NCBI GenBank assembly: GCA_965644295.1
Contig: CBFFRP010000043.1
Span: 30,516 to 94,515, forward strand
DNA: 64,000 bases
Reading direction: 5' to 3'
DNA from: Paraphysomonas bandaiensis
Taxonomy: Eukaryota; Protista; Chrysophyceae
The number at the start of each line of letters is the position of its first letter. Position 1 is the stretch's first letter. Shown here piece after piece: positions 1 to 12,776 of the stretch. Made by a program: the position numbers and the translations under genes. A model generated the notes under the pieces. That model was not told the origin of the DNA and did not search any database. It saw nothing but the letters and a program-made list of their open reading frames with translations.

Positions 1-201
1 GAATTTGAAGAAGAAGAAGACCCTTTCGCGCAGGAGCTGGATATTGTGTCAGAAGAAGTGCCCCAACAGACTCCATTTGATGCGGCAGATGCTACTCCTG
101 AAGGCGACACAGCCGTTGCTGTGGAAGGCGATGCAACTGCTGCAACTGAAGGTGAATCCGCACCCGGAGCGGAAGATGCCGCTGCTCCAGCTGATTCTTG
201 A
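1..201 (+). CDS. 3' end of an upstream gene (acidic, Ala-rich C-terminus), partial
   Basis: Frame 1 is open from base 1 (EFEEEEDPFAQELDIVSEEVPQ...APADS) to TGA at 199-201, followed by AT-rich 3' UTR-like sequence. The listed 5..217 ORF is the wrong frame. Confidence 0.7.
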   Translation, partial: EFEEEEDPFAQELDIVSEEVPQQTPFDAADATPEGDTAVAVEGDATAATEGESAPGAEDAAAPADS

Positions 202-1622
202 TTGGGGTAATCAATAGCGACTGTGACTTATATCTGCATTTTTGTCCTACTGTAAAATCAATTCACTAATTGTATGGTTTTGTTAATGTTTCACTATATT
301 AGTTAGCAGTCTTTGCACGTATTAGCTTCGGTATTTTATATATTTGAGGCAGATACCGCTATATTTAGTCGATAATTATAGCTGTAGTGGTGCAGCAGTC
401 GTTAATCTACGTCACAGATCACAGAGTAATAATGTGCTACATATTCTAGAAACGATAAGGACGTCGGCATAATCAAATTTAAAAAATAAAGTGGCCCTTG
501 ATTCTTATGACTAAAATCGAAAGAAGCATTGATTTTTACTGTATCATACATTTTAAATTTGAACATATAACATATCATCTAGTTCATCAGTTGGCTCCGA
601 GCAAGATGGTGCGTACATGTGCCAGTCGTAAATAAAAGTCCTTAATCTGTGTTCCGTAGTTGTAGGCAAGTAAACGCAAGTGGTGACACTAAATAATCTT
701 ACGTCCAACAGAATTATATACACAGCAATAGTCAAAGTCATTCGATTAGTATAGAGAGCTCTGTCACTATAATTCTTGTACATCTTTGGTGACCTATGAA
801 TAGTTCAAATATTCTACATTCTACATAAGTTAATAGTGATGCGGTTGCTAGATTAATAATTTAGATAAAGTAATAGTATGATAAGCTAGAAACTTGGCTG
901 AGAAGCACGCCTTTTGTAATTTTATTATCTACGTCGAGAGGGTGTCGTTCGTCACATGAAATTCCAATAGAGTGTGAGTAATAGCTGCGGAGTAGAATCA
1001 CTTGTTTTCAAAATTTCGGCAATCCATCAGGGTCTTGCCTTGATTAGTATGTCGTTTAATAGCAGTTAGTGTTGCAATCGAAACCTTTCAGGGCTGGTTA
1101 AATTACGTGTAGTATTTATTCGTTTCGCAACATTGCATTATTATTGTTGCAGTTAGAAGACTACATCTAATAGCTCAACAATTAACAATCACGCTACTGT
1201 ACCGATCATTCATATCCTTGGAATGATATAACTACTTGTACGAACTTGCAGTTCCCAGCTGCTGGAATTGATTGTTACAGCACTGGACAGAACTGTATAC
1301 CGCAGTATACATGCAGTATATGACACCTGGTGCCGTATACCGGTATACAGCAGTTGGTAATGAAAATCGAAGTACAAAAAAAACTTCTTTGATGGGGAAT
1401 CCCCCGAACACAAAATTCAGGCCAATGACATGCATGGACATGCTGTAGCTCTCTCGCTTGATGTCAACGTATGCACAGCCGCAGTATGTGTATGTGTATG
1501 TATTTATTACATATGGATACCACTACACCGAGACGTTCCAATGGCACAGGCAGATGTCTATAGTTAAGGTGCTACATATATGAGATCCCATTGAAATGAA
1601 TGTACATATTTGTTGATTAATT

Positions 1623-4600
1623 ATGAAGAATAGGATGATAGCCCTTGTGTGTTACGCAGTACTACTGCCTCACATCTGTATAGCAGTCAGCACTATGAGA
1701 GACTATGTGAATAACGCAAAACAAATAGAAACAAATACACGCCACCACTTTGATCCGCTGTTGCTTACTTTGCCGCCTATAGGATTTCCAGCTCCAACCC
1801 CTGCTCCGTCTTATAACCCTTCTAGTGTGCCCTCTATTATTCCAACTGGGGAACCGACAGGGGAACCGTCCTCTGTACCAAGTGTTATTCCAACTGGGCA
1901 ACCCACTAGCATACCAAGTACAAGCATACCGACTTTTCACCCATCGTCCTATCCCAGTTTCGTGCCATCAACTCAACCGTCAAGTCCTCCATCTTGTTAT
2001 CCGACAGGAGAACCTAGTGGGATACCAAGTGGTGAGCCCTCTGGTGTGCCTTCTGTATTGCCCACGGGTTTTCCGAGTGGTTTGCCGACTACGGAACCAA
2101 CGGGCACTCCAAGCGTGGTTCCTAGTGGTCAACCGAGCACAGCCCCAACTGGCGCGCCATCAGGCATTCCAAGTGGGATACCAAGTGGTGAGCCCTCTGG
2201 TGTGCCTTCTGTATTGCCCACGGGTTTCCCGAGTGGTTTGCCGACTACGGAACCAACGGGCACTCCAAGCGTGGTTCCTAGTGGTCAACCGAGCACAGCC
2301 CCAACTGGCGCGCCATCAGGCATTCCAAGTGGGATACCAAGTGGTGAGCCCTCTGGTGTGCCTTCTGTATTGCCCACGGGTTTCCCGAGTGGTTTGCCGA
2401 CTACGGAACCAACGGGCACTCCAAGCGTGGTTCCTAGTGGTCAACCGAGCACAGCCCCAACTGGCGCGCCATCAGGCATTCCAAGTGGGATACCAAGTGG
2501 TGAGCCGACCATGCTCTCACCGTTTCCTACATCCATACCATCTGGTGATCCCAGCGGTGCTCCTACTTGCCAGCCCTCTGGTTTGCCAACGTTGACACCT
2601 TCTGGGGAACCTTCTAGTTTGCCAACCTGTGTTCCATCTGGCGAACCATCTAACCAGCCCACCCATGAGCCATCAAGTGGTCCGAGTGTGGCACCTACAG
2701 GGGAACCATCTTCTCTTCCCACCAGTTTTCCGTCATACGAACCATCCGGACAACCTTCGTATTCCCCTACTATTGCTCCTACAGGATTCCCATCAGAAAT
2801 GCCAAGTAGTGCTCCATCTTTTCGTCCATCCAGTCAACCGTCTACGGTCCCCACATCACAGCCTACATCTCCTAGTCGCATGCCAACATCTGAACCTAGT
2901 GTGACCCCTACTTCTCAACCTTCTAGTGAACCCTCTCCCGAACCATCTGGCCCACCCACAAGTTCGCCAAGTGGGTTTCCGAGTACACTTCCTAGCAGTA
3001 TCCCGTCGAGGCAGCCCTCCGCTGTACCAACGAATATTCCAAGCAATTGTCCAACTAGTTCTCCTACTGTTGTACCCAGTAAGATTCCGAGTGGTATCCC
3101 GTCCTTCTTACCCACAGCATTACCATCTGGAGAGCCCTCTGGATTACCTTCAGGTTTTCCGACAATGTATCCCTCGTCCCTGCCCAGTGTGATTCCTTCT
3201 GCTGCACCTAGTTGCTGCCCCAGCAGCGAGCCGTCCAAGGGACCTAGTGCAGTACCAAGTAGTTATCCGACTGATAGCCCTGTGAGCGTTCCAACCTATA
3301 TGCCTTCATCGGAGCCGACGGGGTGGCCTACTGCGTTACCTAGCTTCAGACCATCTAGTAGTGAACCGACTGGGGTACCCTCCGCACTGCCATCATTATT
3401 GTCTCCGCCGCCTACATTTACTGTGATGCCCTCTTCGCACCCTAGTAGTGGCCCTTCGCAGGCCCCTCTAGCAGTACCTACAAGTAGGCCGACGGACATA
3501 CCTACACTGTTACCCTCTTCTTTGCCGTCGTTATCTCCCTCAAACCTTCCGACTGCAGTACCAACAGTAATTCCGTCGTATACGCCCACATCTGTTCCAT
3601 CTGTATACCCAAGTGCAGAGCCAACCATGTCTCCAACAAGTGTTCCAACCGGGTTACCGCACATACTGTCACAAAATGTCACAGCTGGAAAGACTAGCCT
3701 TACGGTGGGTATTTTGCTATCATTGGATGGGGAGGTATACTGTGCGGCGTATGTGCTCACAGAGCATCCGATAACAACGGACGCTGTAGTATACACGAAT
3801 AGGATGGCAACATCCATAAATCAATATGCGTATATTCATATTACCGAACTTGTACCGGCAACTGAGTATGCGGTGTATTGTGTGTCTCTGAACTCAAATA
3901 GAGTTACTGTGACATCATACAGCGATATGATTACGAACAGAGTGATAGCGAAGACGCACTGCTGTCGTGAAATAGTTGTGCAGTTAGCAGCAACAACTGT
4001 GTCTTCCAATTTGTCAATGCTCGATATGGTGTTGCTCGAGTGGACCCGTGCGACGGATATTGAGCCATTAGATATTCAACTTTGGACGAATTACACTCCG
4101 GCATTAGCTTCCGATTCCGTAACTATGAATCCATTCGTTCCCACTATGGTGAATATTTTGCCGAGTTCTCTTGCGACCTACGCTTCGGCCTCTCTGCCAT
4201 CGGGATTAGCAGTTGGTGACTACGAGCTATTCTTTACCGTATCTGGAAGCAATTATTCCATTTATAAGTTGGTGTACACGCCATCCTTGCCAGTGTTTTC
4301 TGTAGTGGAGAGTGGGGGGGAGTATTTACCTGATGCCCCCATCGTTAACACTGCAGAGTTTTCTAATGATGGTTCATCTGTCATAGTGACATTTGATATG
4401 GCCACAGACAAGGCTGGCTTGGGTTCGACTTTTCAGTGCTCGAAATTGTTTACGTTTACACAAAGCAGCTTAGGAAGTTGTATTTGGTCTTCTTCCAGTA
4501 AAGTTCGCATATATGCTTCCAGCTATTACCCACTTGATGTGGGCAGATCTATTATTATCAACTCTGGAGTGTTGCGAGCAGAATGTATTTCTGGGTATAC

Positions 4601-7600
4601 AACTTGTGAGTCCTATCCGACGTCTACCACCCATTCTGTCAATATAACTGCTCCTTTATTTCCTGTGCACCCTGTTGTGGTAGTGACTGCTGCTACTGCT
4701 ATTGGACCTTGCGATGACTTTGTTCTTGACCTGACAGCCTCAACAGGAAGTGCGAGTCGATCGTGGAGCAATATGACGATATATGCTTCATCCATAAGTG
4801 ATAATACAACAGATATTAATAATTTTTTCAGAAATAGTTTTATGATTGATCCACCAACTGCAGTTCCGTCCAGAGCTATGCGCGCGGGAAGTACTTACAG
4901 GTTCTCCATCATTCTATGCAATTTTTTACAGGCGTGCAGCGCACAGATTAGTCACACACTCTCAGTGCAGGCAGAACCGTTGCCAGTGGTGAGCATACTT
5001 GGAAAGAAATCTAGAATCATTCGCAAGAGAGATACGCTCACTCTGTATTCTACTGTGTACACCCAGTCCTGTGAAACCACAAGCAGGACATCGGAAGGCA
5101 TGTCTTTCACCTGGGAGATATTTGAAAATAGCATGCCGAAAAATCTTGTGTCCTTATCGAAGATTCCTGCCCAATATAAACTTCCTGGAAGCTTATTATC
5201 AATCGGGCTCGTGTATGAAGTAAAGCTGACTGCCCTCCATTCCTCCACAGGAAATTATGCGTCGACCAGTGTAGATGTACGTGTAGTACCCTCTGATATA
5301 GTGGCTGTAGTGAGTGGAGGGTCGCATCGCAGTTTGCGATACGGCAGCTCGATTACACTGGATGCATCTGGCAGCTACGATGAAGATGTTGTTGGTCTGA
5401 CCGGAGCAGATGCCGGATTATTGTTTTCCTGGCAATGCATAATGATCGATCCTCTAAATATCACTTCATGTGGCGTCTTGTTGCCCTCTGGATTTGAGAA
5501 AGTTGTAGTAACAGCAGATGATGCGGAATATATATCTACTACTTCGGAGGTCACTTGCCGTGTGTATGATTCATCCTCACGTTACGATGAATTCAGTGTA
5601 GTTGTGGAGGTTTTGCCCCCTCAATCTCCTCAAGTATTCTTATCTTCGACAGTGCTTTCCACGACACGCAGAAAAAAACTGAAACTTCTTTCAATTGTAA
5701 ATTCGTATGTGGCTAGTTATGTGTCATGGTCAGTCGAAGGAGGTGTAATTGATTTAAATGCTGCCTCTCTCACCCCAGTGTCATCCACCCTTACTAGCGG
5801 CACTCATAATTTTAATCTTGGTCTGAAGTCGAATGTTTTACCGGAGTATACCTCTCTATCATTTCGATTGACCTCTGGAAATAGCTACGCATCTGTTACT
5901 GTTTTTGTCGCAGGCCCCCCGATCTCAGGTACTTTTCATGTTATGCCGTCCATTGGGGTGGAGTTGACTGATAGCTTCACGTTTTCTACTTCCAATTGGG
6001 TTGAGAGCGACGTGAACTTACCTTTGACCTATATATATACTTTTATATCAAATGTTGGGTCGTATATGGTTGTCCAGGGACGGTCAGAAAAAACATACAC
6101 CTCCACTGTACTCTCACGTGGTCCATCAAGTGATAAAAATGTTTTACACTGCTCCGTGGAAGCATTTAACGTTCTGGATGCGTCATCCAGCCTTACAGCT
6201 GATGTTACGGTGACACCTCTGACTATCGAACCTGCTGATTTTGATCAACTGGTGGAAGTGCAACTGTCATTTGGATCTCAGCAGGCTGAGTTATCTCACA
6301 CGAAACAGGCTATATCATCTTCAGTGAGTAGTATGAATTCAGTTAATTGCTCACTTGCCCCCAATTGCACCGCTCTATTTCGTCGAGATTGTTCGTACCA
6401 ACCTCAAACTTGTGGAGGGTGCATCGATGGTTACTTTGGTGATAATGGAGATGATAACACACTCTGTTACCCGGTGGAGTTGTCGTCTAGTGCTAGGGAT
6501 GGCAAATTTTACTGCTCTTCTGACAGTGATTGTGGGCTCTACGAGCTTTGTGATATGAATGCTTCAGTTTGCTATCGCCCTTCGAAAGCATGTTCGAATA
6601 ATTGTACCAGTCATGGGAAATGTTTATTCAGAATATTATCCTCTGGATCTATCACGGACTCATGCTTGAGTGGTGACTCAGAATGTGCTGCGGTGTGTGT
6701 ATGCAATGAGCACTATTCGGGTGATGACTGTTCGGTTTCGCAGTCTGAGTTGGCTATCCGAGTGCGAACCCGTGAGCGGCTTGTTGCTGCATTAGTAAAT
6801 ATGACTCTCATCGAAGATTTGACTGTGCAGACGACCGAAGAAATTGTAACGATGGTCGGCGAGATAGCATCCAATCGGCAACAAATGTCCGTCGCGGTGT
6901 GTAATGGACTACTTTTTGTCACTGAAATACTCCTGAATTCGGCTTTCGAAATAGGCTTGTCGTACGATACTGTCAATAAATTAGCACCTGTTATCGATAA
7001 TTGCATTGGGTTTTATAGCTCTCTTACTGACGAAACATTAAAGGCTGCCTCCTTAGATTTTTCTTTTGAGCTAATGGATCTTCATTCTAATGTTGTCTTA
7101 AACGATATTGTCGTTGGTGAAGGAAGTGTTGAAATTATGGGGTCGACATCGCGCAAGAGTATCAATGAGCTAACATCTGAGAACCCTTCAACTACTGTAT
7201 TTCTGCCTCAAACCGCTATAGAGCGGTGGAATGGCCGAATTCAATCTAGTGTGAATTTGACTTGGTCTACGAATAGCACCACAACTAGCGTGGTAGTGTC
7301 AGAAACCCAAGCTGCGTTGTATACAAACGCTTCTATCTACGCTACGAATCCAATTAAGTTACAGATAACAGATACTTCAGTTCTGTCAGATGAAGTTTCG
7401 TTTCTTATCTCTACTCATTCTGGCACCACTTTTTCCAATGGCACCGTACAGCACGGAAACCTTACAACTATATGCCCCAAAGGAATGCTTATGCATGAGG
7501 AATACGAATGCACCAATGGCGACAAGATTATTCATGAATGTGATGGGGAGGAAAGGACGTTGTTTACTGCATGTCCTAATGTGTCTAGTTTTCCGAAATG

Positions 7601-10600
7601 TGCACTTATCGTCGAAGGGGTTGCTCTGGAGAACACTGCATGCTTTGTGTCCAATTACACTAGTAACGGCGTTGAATGTACCTGCTCGTTGACTGCTGCT
7701 AACACGCAACGTAGATTGGATATTTCAATAGCTAATGAAGTCGACAAGACAGGATATCTGGAGGTGGCTGCCATTTCAGTGTATATTGCGGACGAGTTTC
7801 TGACAACCATCAAGTCATCGGATGAAATTACGATTGAAAAACTTCAAGGCTCAGTTGCGGTTATATTGATGTTCGTTGTACTGTGGGCATCTGTTCTCTC
7901 TGTTATTGCATTCCTCTCGGTTACTGATATTACTCACCGTCAGAAGGTATACAATGAAAAATCGAAGAAACAAAGTCGGGTATCTCGCACGTCTCGTACC
8001 GCCCGTACCACTGCAACCACAGCTACACCGTCGACACAGGACCCGGCTGCAGTCCACTCCTACCTTACTATGTATATCGATAATATCATACCGGTCATTT
8101 TCCGACCAACAGTTTCCGTATTTAAGAGTTTTTTTGGTGAGATTAGCAATCACCACAGGTATCTCAAGGTTCTTACGTATGATGGTCTCGACGCGGATGA
8201 GGTTCGTTTCAGAGTGGGACTGCAGGTGTGTATGTATATATTATAATAATAAATATTCATATACCAATGCAGTTGCTTACGGTGCAAAGCATGCTAATGT
8301 TTTTCATGGCCCTCTTCTACGAAATAGAGTATCCGAGAGATGATGGTACTTGTGAGACGTACGATACCAAGGACAATTGTCTTGAAGAAACGTCTATTTT
8401 CGACCCTGATGTTTCTCGGTGTAAATGGGTTGTGGATGGAGATGACGACTTAGCACCCGCCAATTGCCAGTACCGAGAAGTTAATATCACATTCCGGGTA
8501 CGTTATATTGTGTTAGAAGTTTCCAAATTTGTTTAATATTTTTATATAGTTGATGTTTATTGTGGTGGTGTTTCTCTCAATCTGTGCTGCCCCTGTAAAC
8601 TTTATGGTGGATTATATCTTTGAGTAAGTATTGCACCTACCCTTCACTTTATTGGTGATTATTGTTGCACAGCAATATCATCGCAGCACCTGTGGCAGAT
8701 GACGTCAAAGTGATGCACGAAACTCCACAGATGGGAAGAAGATTTACCAATGCCTTGATTCGTGGAGTATCGAAGTTGAATGCTCAATTAACGAAGAAGT
8801 CACCACTAGATTATGTGAAGAATTCCGTTTTCCCTAAGCAGTCTCGAAAGGTGCCCAAGGATGTAGTAAACTCTCACAATGTGGCTATGCTAGCTCTGAA
8901 CTTCGCACATGGTAAACGTGACGCTAACAATAATTCAAGTGAGGATGAATTTGCGACAAAGTTGAAACGGGCCATGTCCGTTACATGCAATGATTTTCTT
9001 GATAAACTGTCAGAACAGCACTTTGCTCTAACAGGCGACGCAAGAAATTCCTTCGACAAAACTTGGGGGTAAGCGAATTGAGCACAAAATTGTCAATGTC
9101 TAAAACGTGCTGCCAGCATTGACCCCTCCGGTAACATACCAGACGTAGAATCACGAAGGCTGTTATGTTGTAATCTATCCAGACCTGGAATGCCCGAACT
9201 TATTGACAAAGAAATTAATCATGTTGAGGATATTGCTTTAAAGAAAATTGCGAAGCTGAAATATGCCCCAGAGTAAGGCAGTGCTAATATATTACTGCTT
9301 GGCTGACTTAATTGTTCTGAAGTTTGCATATTGGAATCGAAGTAATACATTTATTTCTGTTGGATTTACTTGGACGCGACACGCCTGAAGGCCGCATATT
9401 CAGCTACAAGATGGACCAAGAGTATGTATAAATATTATTTTTGTCCATCTCAGTTCATATGTCTTTAGCTTTGGTCATAGCTTTCTCGTGTCATATTGGG
9501 CAAAAATTCTGGCGTGGGTATTTGTTGCTTTTTTGAACATCTTCTTCGTTTACTTTTCGATACTGCGTGCTATTGACCGCGACATTCATTGGCAGATGGG
9601 TTATATTACCGCCTGTATATTACGTAAGTCAATTATGCTTTGCATTACATACTTGATGGTTTTTTTAGAAATGGTGATAGAAGTTTTGTTTTTTGAAACC
9701 ACAGAATGTCTTTGGATTAATTGGCAAGGTTGTTTAACGATATACTATATATATGTGATAACATTGTCGCAGCACCTCGTTTGGTCCAGCCAGACGTTGA
9801 GGCAGCTGTTCGTGTCTTGTACAGATCGCTCGACTTCGCGCTTGCCAATACCGACACTAATAATGTTGTGCTTGATGTTCCACAGTTCCTTTTCGTTTCT
9901 ACTAGAGTTGCTGAGGCGTTCCCGCGACTGTTCGAATGTAAACTCATCTTGAAATTCAAAACTTATTTAGGGGGAAAGATAGCAGAGAAAATTAGACAGG
10001 AGTCTATTTTGAGTCACGAGCGGCAGCCTCTGTGGTTAGTTTTGTGTCAATCTTTCCTCCGAATGATATCCGTTTTTTCGGTCGTATCAATATTGAGATT
10101 TGTTGGGACTCTCGACGTTGCCGTTCAACGTGTGGTAATTCATGTGCTCCAGCGTGTTCTTTTCGTCCTAATTGTAATTTTCATCACTGTGATTTCCTAT
10201 TATCCCTGGTTGGGTTTCGTTCCCGCCCTCTTGTTATTGTACCAAATCAAAAGCTGTTTACATCATAGGCGTGTACAAGCGACTGATGATGACGATTTCT
10301 TTTCCCCTATTCCTATTGCCGATACCCCATTTGCGAAATGTCCCAGTCCTTCAGTTGGAGTGGACAATAGTTCCCCAAATCATGGGTCTGTCCAACTCAC
10401 TGACCCAGCAGACAGTGCCATTCTTCCTGGTCGCAGTGAACGTAGTCCCTATGCAACCAGTAACAATAAGTCGAATAGCATCATGTCAGCGCTTGGAGGG
10501 GATAGCATCCTGCTCGGCGACGAGGACGATGAGGCTGAAAAAGTGGATGATTCTGACCCGAAGCTTAATAAAAGTGTCGACCCGTTCATATGGTCGCTTT

Positions 10601-11415
10601 TCAACATGGACACGAGTCCCGGTACTGGTGACTCTGATGGGAACATCGAAAGCAATGCTGGTGTTGCAAGTAATCTTACAAGCACTTCGATTACAGAAAA
10701 AACGATCCCACCTCAAAAGTCGATCGGAAAGCTATTCGATCCACCAAATGAATCTGAACTGTCTCATGCACCCCCGACTTATCGAGGGGCGTTTGTGCGT
10801 GCGGTCGATCCCTGTGATTCCTTGAATAGTTCAGAAAACGAACAAACTCCTGTAAGTAAAGTGAGACGGTTCTCGTTTAAGAGCACTGAATCCACAGAAC
10901 TTCAGGTAAAGAATGAAAGAGACGAGTCATCAAATAAGAAATGGTTTGGGCTTCCTCGCATGCTCTCTTTTCCCGAAGACTCTGAGTCAGAGAATGACAA
11001 AAACGGTAGTCGCTCAGTTAAAAGGGACGAACCATCAGATAGTATAATTGCAGATGACAAGAAAGACTTGTCAGTACACTCTGCCACCGACGTGCGTAAG
11101 GGAGAAGAAGCACTGGGGGACTCTTCTTCTCCATCTGTTGAGACTGATGAAAGATCGAGGAGACGCATGTCACGCTTGAGGCGGCTGTTCTCTTGGGGCT
11201 CTGTAGATGGCGATGAGGAGGTTGAAGTCAGTATTCGCACACCACAACAGAGTAATTCAAGGTGCCACACCCGCCCTCCAACGAAAGGTGGATTTAAAGC
11301 CCGTGGCAGGGATGAATCGGTGACTGGTATTGAAGCCAACCCTAAAAGTGATAAAGCGACTGAGGCTGGGGTGTGTATATCCTGTGAGCGCGATACCTCG
11401 AGTGCAGATATTTAA
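1623..11415 (+). CDS. Very large membrane protein: signal peptide, P-S/T-x-x repeat stalk, REJ/PKD-like region, EGF-like Cys repeats, GPS-like motif, multi-TM C-terminal region (polycystin/REJ-like); multi-exon
   Basis: First exon ~2200 codons with hydrophobic N-terminus, PSxxPT repeats, REJ-like motifs (LDASGSYDED, FSWQC, PLTYIY), Cys-rich NCTSHGKC...YSGDDCS, CFVSNYTSNGVECTC then a TM helix. Short GT-AG introns (e.g. 8226-8272, 8498-8549, 9729-9772) link the downstream TM-coding ORFs to the stop at 11413-11415. Confidence 0.8.
2017..2506 (+). repeat. Coding tandem repeat, ~3.1 copies of a 156-bp (52-aa) unit
   Basis: ccaagtggtgagccc recurs at ~2025, 2181, 2337 and 2493; the copies are almost identical. 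Confidence 0.95.
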
Positions 11416-11991
11416 AATTTTGTAGTTTTTGAAATACATAGAGTAGAGTAGGATAGAATGGAAACGTTGCATTCTGCAATATTGAGGAATTTCGTAGTTT
11501 ATGGGCGCGCGGCACTCAGTCGATATAAATATATATGAACTGTATTGTAGATCAACAGATTGTATATTTCTATGATGTGTGGTGTATATCACATATAACT
11601 TTAAAATGGAATTATTTATATATATATATATTTTTAGAGCACCTTATTTAACCTACAAAGGAATGGTTAGAGAGAGGTGCAGGTGTAGCGTCTTCCAAAA
11701 TAGTAGATTACTGTGTATATATATGACGAAGTTGTACTAAATGTTTCGCTGCCAACATAGTTAGCTCAACTGTCATTTCATTCCAGAAGTGAAAATGTCA
11801 AGTTAGTCATAACAATCTTTGCTCTACTAAAAACGTTTTGGTATGCAGGTGCCTTATGCTACGCAATGCACCAATACTATAGTAGTGATGTCTTATTCAG
11901 GGTTTGGCAGCAACATTGATTGATGGACCGGCCCAAAATTCCATCACTTTTGTTTTTGTTAAAGCGGCTCACAAAAATATATTGTATATTA

Positions 11992-12125
11992 AAAGTCTTA
12001 TTACTTAGCAATTGGCGTTAAAAACCTGCACCAAAATAGTGACTAGTTGAATGCTAGACATACTAGTTAGACTGCTACCCATAACTAATCAGCACAAATT
12101 CTATTATCCTACTATTTAACGCTAC
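11992..12125 (-). repeat. Dispersed repeat family copy (matches the terminus of the insert at 25471-26251)
   Basis: gtcttattacttagcaattggcgtt...catactagttagac...atcctactatttaacgctac aligns with 25480-25609. Confidence 0.8.
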
Positions 12126-12250
12126 AGAAAGTAAAAGTTGAAGTATATAAGTACAGTTGCTCGAGTCATGTTGTATTTTAGAGTCACATTATTTTAGTAA
12201 CTTCTCATGACACTTCATTAAAACTGTATATAATAAGCAGCCAATATTTT

Positions 12251-12440
12251 CTGAAGTTAGCAGATGTCATATATATCAACATTATTCTGTTTACCATAGA
12301 GCGAAAGTGGTTTCACCTTGACGCTTGCGGTGACGCACAAGCAGCTTTCGTAGCGTTAAATAGTAGGACATCAGAGTTCAGCACTAGTTCGTTAAATTAG
12401 TTCTGACTTACACGCCTATTGCCAACAAGAAGACGTTCAC
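12251..12440 (+). repeat. Dispersed repeat family copy (SINE- or MITE-like), opposite orientation to 11992-12125
   Basis: gacgcacaagcagctttcgtagcgttaaatagtagga is the reverse complement of ~25591-25627. The 5' part ctgaagttagcagat is shared with 33588. Confidence 0.8.
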
Positions 12441-12776
12441 TTCTAATACGTACCTTACATACTGCACTTAGTTATCCAGCTATAAGAAAACTCAAGACGG
12501 TTATAATTTTGGGTCTGATGCAACGTAAATTTCAGCAGGTGATGTGGATGCGCCTCAGAATGTACCACTTCATGCTGGGGGACTTCTCATCAACTTCGGA
12601 AACAGATCAGATCTGAACATTACTTGAATTGCGGCTGCAAAGATAGATGAATTAATTTATTCAAAACCTTCGCCATTGATACTACACACCAACAACATTC
12701 ATATAAATACATTTCAGACAAGAATACACGATGAAATTTTTACTACAACATTAACCACTACTGTCTACATAAATAT

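Noticed and set aside
1825-3817. Overlapping alternate-frame and antisense ORFs in the P/S/T stalk
   Set aside because: By-products of repetitive Pro/Ser codons.
9720-9775. Possible GC-AG intron in the REJ gene
   Set aside because: A canonical GT donor at 9729 restores the frame (WINWQAPRLV); the GC donor does not.
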